From Tubulanus polymorphus (Eukaryota; Animalia; Nemertea), in NCBI RefSeq assembly GCF_964204645.1, contig NC_134026.1, forward strand, positions 9,013,950 through 9,077,949: a DNA stretch of 64,000 nt, given 5' to 3'. Shown piece after piece: positions 1 through 10,263 of the stretch (its first letter is position 1; each line of letters opens with the position of its first letter). The notes under the pieces were generated by a model. That model did no database searches. It saw only the letters and a program-made list of their open reading frames with translations, and was not told the origin of the DNA. The position numbers were made by a program, and so were the translations under genes.

Positions 1-409
1 TTCAAAAGTGCGGTGAACCTGCCAATAATAACAGGTTTTTCAAAAATTCATTTTTGGGTAATAAATATTGGGATTACTAAAATTTCCTTTGTAGTATCAA
101 AATGAAAGTGGTACAGGCACTAGATGTTTGTTTGGAACATTTAACAGTTTACAGAATGAAGTTATCTCAAATACTTAGAAAATGAGATCCATTTTAGTGA
201 ACTGCTGATATTTGTCAATTCTGCATGCAAATTAGGTCAAGTTTGCATAATTAGGGCACAATTAAAAAATTGTTTACTTTGATGAATTACATATTCTATA
301 TCAATTGGATATAAGTTAGGTTCAATGGTTTAACGCCTTTATTAAAAGAAATAGAATTTGTGTGGTACTACCACCTTAAATATGCAGCTAAGGATATTCA
401 CCATTGTAA

Positions 410-890
410 AGAAAGTGATGAATTGGCAAGTGTTATTGACCTGGCCACAGAAAATCCAAGTCCATCCAAATTTATCTTGTGTCTTATTTTTCAACAGTCA
501 ACTTGACGATCTAGTCCGTTTTGCATCTGATCCCCCTTATTCATCCCCATTATCCATTGATCCCACTTTTAAATTTGGTAAGTTCCATGTAACACCAATT
601 TCTTTTCGCCATTTGCATCTACTCTCTAAAAGGTATGACAAACCGCCTGTTTTTACTGGCCCTGTTTTTATCCATTAACGTAAATCAGAGGATGATTATA
701 AAACGTTTTTTGAATGTCTCTCATCATCGAATCCGGATGTGAATAATGTAATCGCTTTTGGGACTGATGGCGAATCAGCTTTAAGTGATGCCGCCAATAT
801 GGCATTTACAAACGCTATCCATTAGTTGCCGAAATCATTTCCGAAATAACGTCAAGGAAAAACTAAAAAATCTGAAAATTGATGTTACTG
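410..890 (+). pseudogene. Decayed MULE/Mutator-type transposase fragment
   Basis: Reading through a stop and frameshifts gives LSIDPTFKFGKFHVTPISF...PVFTGPVFIH*RKSEDDYKTFF...IAFGTDGESAL...CRNHFRNNVKEKL, i.e. the first two catalytic Asp motifs and CxxH of MULE transposases. No termini found. Confidence 0.7.
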
Positions 891-3800
891 ACTCCAGGCG
901 TCACTGCACTCAAAATCAGCCAATCAGAGATGATGGAAGAGTAGATTTTTGTGGACCGTAACCATATCCAGAAAAATAACCACTCCCTACATCTTACGTA
1001 TTTCAATTTACAAATTAAGTTTTACCAGATTGTGACTTCTGTTTTACGAATGGGCCTAACACGTTTTCCGTTTAATAATTGGCCCCAGGCCCAGTTACCA
1101 AAGGGTGCATTTAACCTGCAAACCATAACTCATAAAACGCTGCTCGTAATTCGTAGTGCCCTTGCTTCAGATAGCTCCTACTTTATCATTCAAGACTATG
1201 TCAATGTGGTATTATGGAAAATACCCATTAACCAATAATTATAGTTTATATGTCAGATTTCCCCTTTCAGTTTATCATAACGCATGTACGTGTTGCTAGC
1301 ATTCTTGTAAACTTGTAACCATGTTTTTCACACCTAATGCACCAGCAATTTCAATTGATACCAAAATCTATACATTCTTCTCCATTATACCAGAATGCTC
1401 GTAATTCCATGAGATTGAGGCTACTTCCGCTACGTCACTGACGTCGTTGCTGACTTCCGTCACCTTTAGACGAATCAGTTCTCTTTTTTTTTGTTGAACT
1501 ATATCTTTCGACATATCCTCTAAGCCGTATTATTACCTTTTTAATGTAAGTCTTCGGAATTCGTTGAATATCTGTAGCTTTTTACTTGTAAATTATTAAA
1601 TTTACCTTTGTCTTAGGTCTTGTGTTTGCTCATCTATTTAGCTTATGTCTTTTAGGCCTAGGCCCTAGCTATCTATTTATTTTTCTATTAGACTTTTCGG
1701 ACCCGTTGGGTATCTTTTCACCATGCAGTTTAATTTAGAGTATGCTCCTCTTGACATCGGTCAAGAAGTTGAAATTGAATCCCACGTCGTTGACGATGAG
1801 GATTACATGGCTTCGGCCATCAATGAAGGCCGTCAGAGCCGTCCGAGCAGAACTTCTACTGCGTCTTCAGATAATAACATTATTCCTCAGAGAATAGTTA
1901 AATCGAATAAACCGTCCACGGTTTCTAAACCATCATCATCTAGTCCTGTTAAATCTCAACAGATTGTGGATAGTGTTTCAACTAATCCTGTTATGTCAAG
2001 ATTTCTGCTTATAAAGAAAAGACTTGAAGACCTTGAAGAATCACTCGCATCTGGTATAATTCAGAAGAATTACAATTGAACTTCAACTTACAGGTAGTTC
2101 TCGTTTAATTTCTCAATTTAATCCACAGTAAGTGGGTCACTTACTCATAGACTAGCAAGGCAGGAACTGTACATTTACTGGTGAGTTTTACTTAATACTG
2201 CTGTCTCTCGAGTTTATTCTCCTGTCACATAGGTGGCAAAGTTTTACATGTTCTTCGTGGGTACAGCTAAATAATATAGCATTTCCATGTTGAATAATAT
2301 AGAGTTTCTTGACTTAACATAGGTTTTCCATAATAGTAATTAATATTGCTTTGAGAGTTAATTAATTATAGTGTAGTTATCATTCAATTCAGGCGTGACG
2401 TCATGAAATCCCGGGCTGTGATTGGCTAATGACGTAAACAATTACACGTGGACAAAGATTTTGATAGATATTTAAATGTATCTCGTGTTTTATTTATGTT
2501 TTACAGGTTTTTTGGTGACGTTTCATCAAGGTGACGTCAACTTTAGGCCTAGTTAGAGCATAGAGCAAAAGGTAAGCTTATCATCGTGATGTTTAATTTA
2601 AATTATTATTGAAACTTTTCTTTGTTTTTGTTGACGAAAATGAGTGAAACTAAATAACATTTTGCCCTCATATCATTTCAGATAGCTTCACCAGAGGAAA
2701 AAAGAAAACCAGGGATATTACGCCAGCACGTAAATGATGTTTACCATGAAATTCCGTCAGATTTACGTTTATTCAAAAAGGGACAGATCGTTAAATTGTA
2801 TTTGGACAACCAATCTTCAGCAGCCAAAGTGGTGAAGCACCTGCTCTCTATAGACGAAGGACTTGCCGAAATCAAGCTTCGAAATTCAGTTCGAGTTGTG
2901 GCAAATAAAACAAAAACAATGCCCGCATAGAAAAAGTGAAAAAGCGCGTAAAAACAAAAACATATGCGGTTTGTTATTGGTCTGATGATGAGACATATGA
3001 TGATGGTGTGGACTACGATATGAAGTACTCCGAACTGGCAGTGGATCTGATACTCAAGAATTTAGTGTTTAAACACTAGTTGCCTCAGAAGTGTAATGTG
3101 TCGAACTTGAGTCAGATGACTTATCTGGTGTAATTGATACGACTTGTGTCTTGTCATCTTCTATGAATGTGAGATTGAATGTACTTACATAAGGTTGTAG
3201 TCTATAGTTAGAACTTCATTCACTTCAAGTGGATAGCTCAATTCCTCACAAAGTTATGTGACATTTTATCAAATTTTTGGTGTTAATGGAGAGCGCCGCT
3301 AATCAAGACTGCCGTAATTAAGTAATTAATTAATAAATTTCAAAAAATGCTATGATATATATGTTTAGTTCTGCTTAAAGTTCTCATTTATAGCTTTCTT
3401 TTGGTACAAAGAACATTCAGATAGCTCAAATATTAAAAAAATTATGATGTTTTATCTGTGAGTTTAACCATATTTCATTGGATAATTCTAAGAATCTATT
3501 TGAAACTGCCTGAAGGGACATCCGAGTCCTACCATCAAACTATGCTTATTATTTTAAAACAGACTATACAACAATTACTACTCATAGACTGATGACGTCA
3601 TCGTTCAAAATGGCAGCCCCCATGTGTCCATAAATCTGTGCATGTTGGTAAGTAAATTTCAATAATTTTGATGGGTTACATACAAGCTGATGTGGTGAAT
3701 AATTTTCTTAGCATTGTTTATAAATCAGAGATACTGTAGAACACATAAACTATATCATAAATACATATTTTAGTGATATTGGAGCATATTTTGTGGTGTG

Positions 3801-4057
3801 GACTTTCAAGTCCCGTCAGGCCACTATGAACTGAAGTGAGTGGGACTTGTAAGTCCCGACAGTTACTTGTGACATAATGACTTGTGGTAATAGATATGTA
3901 TTTTGAGAGGTAAATTGATTATTAGTAATGCCATGTAGCATCCATCATATAAATATATTAATCGTTCACTTTCTAACAATATTAGATTGATTTTTTATGG
4001 ATTTTAGCCTAATGTGTAACAAATTTGTATCATTTCAGGTAAAATAAGATAAACGAC

Positions 4058-6572
4058 ATGTCCTGGAAACTGAAGTTCCGTGTAAAAAACCATGACGACA
4101 TACAAAGGCTACTTGATGAAGTACCATCGGACAAGGAAGACACGGATGAGGAGTCAATTTCAGATTCTGATGGTGAGAGCAGGGGCTATACCAACGGTGG
4201 CGCATTAGATCAGGCTCAGTCAAAGACTAGTAAGCATACTGTTGACGATCTAATTGATACTGATGATGACATCGATGAACAGTCTAATTCTACCTCTGAT
4301 GAGGATGACATCGATGAACAGTCTAATTCTACCTCTGATGAAGATGACACCGATGAACAGTCTAATTCTTCATCTGGTGAGGATGACCCCCAGACTGCGT
4401 CTAACAAGAAACAGGTACCATACCTTGAGAAAGTGAAATATCTAGAACAACACATTGATAAAAGACGTAATAAGGATGCAGAATTTTCAAAGACTGAACT
4501 CAAAGACCTATCTGGAAAGTAAGCAAAAGTTGGTGACAAGAAGGAAGATGTAAAACCTGGAAAAGTTCAATCGCTGTTAGAAGTGGCTTGGCAACGGTGG
4601 AGAAAGAAGACTACTCAGACAAAGGCTGACATGTTTTCTTCACCAGAAGGTAAGACTAAATCCTCATGAATCAAACCTGCATAATCTTAGTCCACAAAAC
4701 GCAACTATTAACAAAACTAAGAGTCTCATGTTTGATTATAATATAATCCATTTTACCGGAAATCATCAGATTCGAATTTCGACATCCATCCTCCGCAGTG
4801 AGTGTAGACTAACAGTATTGCTAATTACAGACAAATACAGTTTTTTATACAAAATGTTAAGTACAGAAAAAAACAGTTTAAGATACAAATTGCTAAGTAC
4901 AGAAAAAGACAGTTTGAGTACAAAAATTAATTTTAAAATATATTAAGAAAATAAGAATGTTATGTTATATGAAATGTATGGTTTACAGTAAGTTGAGTTG
5001 TTCTTATTATAGTGCCACTCCATTATAGGCCAGCCATACCAAACGAGTTTTCTTTGACTGTGAGTGGCACTCAAACCTGATACCTTATAACTTCCTTCAC
5101 ATTTTATTTCAGGGGTAAAGCCAGGGTATTTTGATGCCCAGAAGGAGACTCCAGGAACCGTCTTTTTGAAGTTTCTTGATGACGACATCATAACAGACAA
5201 ACCTCTACATGACCCAGAAGCATCGTAGAATATCTCCTATATTGAAGCGTGAATTCTATGGGTTCATTGGAATGAATATTATCATGTCATACCATATACT
5301 ACCAGCCATAAGAGACTATTGGAGAACTGATTTGGATTTGGCCATTCCCTACATCGCATCGGTAATGCCAAGGGACAGGTTCAGAGGTATTTTGTCCAAC
5401 TTGCACGTCAACGATAATGATAAAATTGAACAAAATAATAAAGACAAACTGTACAAATTACGCCCTTTGATAGTATCACTAAATGCTAATTTTGTGAAAC
5501 TCTACAATGTCGCTAAAGAATTTAGTATCGATTAGTATGATACGATTCAAGGGACGCTCCTCGATCAAGCAATATAACCCCTTAAAGCCCATCAAACGTG
5601 GTTACAAGCTCTGGGTCAGAGCTGACTCTGATGGATACATTTCCAAATATGATATTTACCAGGGGAAACTAGGGCAGGATATGGATGATTCAGAGTTGTC
5701 AAGTCTTGGCGAAAAAGTAGTGACATCTATGTGCTCTGATGTTTATCAGAAAAATCACAACGTTTATTTTGATAACTATTTCATGTCATTGCCACTCTTA
5801 GAACATCTTAAAGACAACGGTGTTTATGCGTGTGGAACAATCCGTGCCAACAGAAAAGGTTTGCCAATAGATTTCATGTCTGATAAAGAGTTGACACCTC
5901 GGGGTAAGAGTGACATAAGGGTATCAGAATCTGGAATCTCTGTCTATAAATGGAAAGACTAAGTCCATCATGTTAGCTTCCAATTTCCATGGTTCCGAGA
6001 TAGAGACATGCACTCGCACATTACAGGACGGAACTAAGAAAGAGTTTGACTGCCCAAAAGCTGTTGTGGATTACAATAAGTCGATGGGGGGAGTAGACAA
6101 AGCGGACATGCTTTGTGCAATACATGGCAGAGACCGCAAATCAATGAAGTGGTGGCACCGAATCTTCTTCGGGCTCATCGCTCGAGCTATCGTCAATAGT
6201 CAGGTGGTATATTCCAAACTGCAACGTGGTCAAAATAACATTTCAACATTTGATTTTAGAAGGGCAGTTGCACAGAGTCTTGTTACTCTTTCAAGGAAGC
6301 CACGAGTTGGTAGACCATTGAGTGTTGAACCCACTCCCACAGCACAAAAACGTAGAAGACAAGCACCCAGTGTATCGCGGGATGTAAGATTGCAGAATTT
6401 AGGGGCCCATTGGATAGTTTTCTCCGAAATCAGAGGAAGATGCGAAGTTTTAGTATTACCAGTGTGGAATCCCGTCCCAAAAGTAAGTGCAAAACCTGCG
6501 GAGTGCACCTATGTTGCAATCAAAGCAAAAATTGTTTTAATGTGTACCATGGTGTGTCTGAAGTATAAGTGA
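4058..6572 (+). pseudogene. piggyBac (PGBD-like) transposase pseudogene with a probable intron at 4650-5112
   Basis: Acidic N-terminus; MPRDRF, FSID*, YNPLKPIKRGYKLW, YFDNYF, CGTIRANRKG, YNKSMGGVDKAD, KWWHRIFF; frameshifted Cys-rich C-terminus (CKTCGVHLCCNQSKNCFNVYH). Premature stops at 4520, 5533 and 5960. Confidence 0.9.
4262..4388 (+). repeat. In-frame 42-bp tandem repeat, 3 copies (DDIDEQSNSTSDED)
   Basis: GATGACATCGATGAACAGTCTAATTCTACCTCTGATGAG-type unit repeated three times in the transposase N-terminus. Confidence 0.9.
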
Positions 6573-6966
6573 AAACTAAATTTACCTGCCAATAGATGTC
6601 ATTGGAGGTGAAGCGGGGCGTACCGGTATATGAAATGCGGAAAAATGTAAAATATAAAAAGTTTTGGTTATTTTTGAATGTGTAGAATATTTACACATGT
6701 TTTTGTTCAAAAACAGTTTGTTATTACAGTTTTAATAGTTTTCAATAAAAAAGATTTAGGGCCTATATTACATGATACATATTCATTATTTTACCATGTT
6801 TTGGTATTGGATACTGCACGGGACTTCTAAGTCCCGTTGGTATTGGGTTAGTATTTTCCTGTTGGGACTTATGAGTCCCACCTCTCTAACAACACGGTCA
6901 AAACTAAAAAAAATTCAAAACCAATAGTTTTACTGCCCTATGTATTAGTCCCTCAGCTATATTATG

Positions 6967-8260
6967 CACAGGGACTTGTCACGACTGATAATGGATGAGA
7001 CCAATGATGGGGGTACCAGTATCCCTGCAACTGTATAATAAAATAACAAGGGTGGCAACAAATTTTCAATCTGACAATGACTTCTCCACTTCAATCGACT
7101 GTAATTCCAAAAATTCTCAACCGATTCACATGAAATAAGCTTTAATACAACCTAGAAGACTTTCTGCTTCGAACGAGCCGACAACCACCACTCTCCGACA
7201 ATTATCTCACAACGAAATCACCTTTTTTTGACGAGAGATAGCTCAAAATGGAGGTGTACCGATTCTATGGTGGACAGCAAAATGGTCGTTTTTTTCAATT
7301 CAAACGATGATTTCTATGTGAGATCTTAGAGAAAACCCCAACAAACCATACATTTTTTAAAACTACGCGGTCATACCTGTACGCTTATCTCATTTATTTG
7401 TATAATCCACGCGATGGGTGAGCTCACAAGCTCAAAATCGAAAATGAGGACGAACACGGCGTTCAACTTGTCATCAACTGGGCGGCCATTAATCATGTGA
7501 TATCGTAGTAACGGGCTAAATATTTCACGCGCATTGATTGGCTTAGAGATTTCGAAAAACATTACAAAATTTATTTAAAAATCTGTTAATTAATAAAATA
7601 TCCGTATTATGAAAATATAGTGCAACATTCGTCTGAGGGGTGGTATTATTAGCAAATATTTCCTTTTTTCAAGTCTACAGACGTAGACTTGTCGCGGTTC
7701 TATTAACATAGCCCGAACCTGCACGTCACGTGATTAATGGCCGCCAGCGCGATAGTGCGAGGTGACTTTTTCGTATATTTGTTCGATTTTGAGCTTGCGA
7801 GCTCACCCATCACATGGATTATACAAATAAATGAGATAAGCGTACAGGTATGACCGCGTAGTTTTAAAAAATGTATGGTTTGTTGGGGTTATCTCTAAGA
7901 TTTCACATAGAAATCATCGTTTGAAGTGAAAAATACGACCATTTTGCTGTCCACCATAGAATCGGTACACCTCCAATTTGAGCTATCTCTCGTCAAAAAA
8001 CGGTGATTTCGTTGTGAGATAATTGTCCTAGAGTGGTAGTTAAAGGCTCGTTGGAAGCAGAAAGTCTTCTAGGTTGTATTAAAGCTTATTTCATGTGAAT
8101 CGGTTGAGAATTTTTGGAATTACAGTCGATTGAAGTGGAGAAGTCATTGTCAGATTGAAAATTTGTTGCCACCCTTGTTTTTTATATTATACAGGGATAG
8201 TGGACCTGGTCATTGATATTGGTTTTATTCATTCACTATCAATTGTGACAAGTCCCTGTG
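6967..8260. mobile_element. Non-autonomous foldback element with ~500-bp inverted arms and 8-bp TSD (P/Galileo-like termini)
   Basis: Starts CACAGGGACTTGTCAC, ends GTGACAAGTCCCTGTG; ATATTATG duplicated at 6959-6966 and 8261-8268; arms ~7031-7500 and ~7726-8194 are close reverse complements. Confidence 0.9.
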
Positions 8261-8317
8261 ATATTATGGCAGCAGGAAAAAATTTTTGAAAAAAAAATGT
8301 GTCTAGGACTGAAAGGG

Positions 8318-8418
8318 TTTAAGTCACAGTGATTTAAGAGTATTGAGAAAATGTCGTTCGCATCTTAGCGTCTGTGGTACATCAGACACTAACTAAGATT
8401 CTTGGTGAAAATATTTTA
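8318..8418 (+). repeat. Dispersed repeat also present at ~25511-25608
   Basis: TTTAAGTCACAGTGATTTAAGAGTA...GTCTGTGGTACATCAGACACTAA...TTCTTGGTGAA shared by both loci; the piggyBac right end abuts its TTAA. Confidence 0.8.
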
Positions 8419-8487
8419 AGCCACGTAGGCCTACCTAGAATCAGGGAGGAGGGATAAGGCCTAACAATATGAAAATCTAACACCTAC

Positions 8488-8596
8488 CCGGGTGCCATTT
8501 CAGGGCTAATTTCCTGTAGGATTTCTTCAGATCGTCGTCAGTGGCATCTCTCTCGACATTCAGCGTCTCGTAGTAACATTTCAGCAGTGCTGGCAT
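8488..8596 (-). CDS. dnajc21: DnaJ homolog subfamily C member 21, first coding exon only; exon 2 not found in the window
   Basis: ATG at 8596 gives [36 protein letters not shown]+G|gtagg (phase 1, inside the HPD motif), closely resembling the DNAJC21 N-terminus MKCHYEALGV...[15 protein letters not shown]. Too short for the ORF track. Confidence 0.8.
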
Positions 8597-9034
8597 GATA
8601 CCGATGAGGTGGCTATTATCTGTTTATCATCTGGGATGGAGTAAGGTGGCAGCACTGTGTAGTCCAATACATTGGAGGCGCCATGCAAAATCCGATACGT
8701 AGAAATCACGAACGTTTGATTGTTTTACTCAATCTGGGCACACAAAATTCATCTCTAAATGGCGATCAAATTGATTTTTGAAGTGAGGTCAACCAAGCTT
8801 GGCTCTAGTAATTGCAGTGTCATTTAAAGTTTGGCATCGAAGACTAAGTTCACAGTTCCATTTTGAAAAACCAGGACTTCGAATTAGTCTTTTAAATAAT
8901 AAAGGTTTTTTCTATGATTATAAGAGACAAGCCTATGTCGGTAGAACATTGAATTGAGCATATCCAAGACAAAATTAGAACTGGATGTAATTATGTTTGT
9001 TTGGGGAATTCATTAGGAAAAGATCCATTTGCAT

Positions 9035-9121
9035 ACCCCTGTAAAGCTGGCTCCAGGTTCCCGATTCAAAACCATTTTGAATCGGGAGCCAATCGGGAAC
9101 CGGTAGCAGCTTCACAGGGGT
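9035..9121. mobile_element. 87-bp palindromic MITE-like element
   Basis: ACCCCTGTAAAGCTG...CAGCTTCACAGGGGT with inner hairpin TCCCGATTCAAAA/TTTTGAATCGGGA; CAT on both flanks. Confidence 0.6.
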
Positions 9122-9198
9122 CATTCGCATTTACAATTATTTCAGTACGACGAATGCATTCAAATACATGTAATACGTAGAAAACTTGAGAAACAAAT

Positions 9199-10173
9199 AA
9201 CTAGAGGTCCAGGGACACCATGCCCACTTGGGGAGTGGTTTCAAATGCTCAACAATCTAACAATTTCAACATTCAACGCCCCCTGGTGACCATTTACAAA
9301 AACCAATGACCTTGAAACTCACCACAATCATAGAACATGTCAGCAGCTACGATTTTGTAATTGATTGTGATAACAAAATATGCCTCGTTACCAATTTAAT
9401 ATGGAAATACTAAGTCATTCTACTATTCAACGCCCCCTGGTGACCATATTCAAAACCCAATGACCTCGAAACTCACCACAACCATAGAACATGTCATGAA
9501 CTACAACTTTGCAATTGATCATGGTAACAAAATATGCCTAGGTACCAATATAATAAGGAAATACTAAGTTATTCTACTATTCAACGCCCCCTGGTGACCA
9601 TATAGAAAAACTTATGTCCTTAAACAATCATAGATGATGTCATGAGCTACAACTTTCCAATTGATTGTGGTTACAAAATATGCATAGGTACGAATATAAT
9701 AAAGAAATGCTAAGATATTGTATTATTCAACGCCCCCTGGTGGCCATATACGAAATCCAATTACCTTGAAACTCACCACAATCATAGAACACGTTATGAG
9801 CAACAACTTTCTAACGCCATCTTGAGTCCGACCGACCCAATTTTTGTTATGTTGATGGGCCCTGGGGAGATTCACATATATCCGAAAGATCAAGGTAATT
9901 GATCAAAGCGTCTTCAAAATTTCCCTCAAAAAGTTCAAAATGTGTAAAAAGTGCTGACTTTGGCGAACAATGGCTGCCAGTCGGCCATCTTGATTCTGAC
10001 AGGGCCAGTTTTTGGGCTGAAGATGTGTCTAGGGTAGATACATGTGTAACCCAAATGTCAAGACTTGAAGCGTCTTCAAAACTTCCCAAAATAACTGGAT
10101 TCCATCTACGGACGGACGGACGAAAAGTGAACGCAATAGCCCGCTGGGACTAAAGTCCCAAGTGGGCTAAAAA
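9199..10173 (-). mobile_element. Helentron-associated non-autonomous element (HINE/DINE-1/Pearl-like), copy 1, internally deleted
   Basis: Minus strand: TTTTTAGCCCACTTGGG stem-loop, (GTCC)n tract, four ~154-bp units (CAACGCCCCCTGGTGACC at 9274, 9428, 9583, 9728), 3' sub-TIR CCCAAGTGGGC, short hairpin, CTAGTT. Confidence 0.85.
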
Positions 10174-10263
10174 CCTTTGAAGTTCCATAAAAGAAAGTAA
10201 TACAACTAAAATATTCGGTACACAATTTATTAGGCGAATTTATGTACAATTAATTCAAGAGAA

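Larger units (their letters stand above)
3600..8317 (+). mobile_element. piggyBac-family DNA transposon, defective; left boundary approximate
   Basis: Transposase pieces at 4058-6572; right end GGACTGAAAGGG at 8306-8317 followed by TTTAA; subterminal palindromes GGACT-N4-AGTCCC near 3800, 3842, 6820 and 6864; carries a nested foldback insertion at 6967-8260. Left TIR not resolved. Confidence 0.75.

Noticed and set aside
3460-3480. Left terminus of the piggyBac at TTAACCATATTTCA
   Set aside because: Too weak a match to CCCTTTCAGT to call.
9265-9815. Regularly spaced CAACGCCCCCTGGTG motifs as a CRISPR array
   Set aside because: The intervening sequences are homologous to each other (154-bp tandem units), the context is eukaryotic and there are no cas genes.
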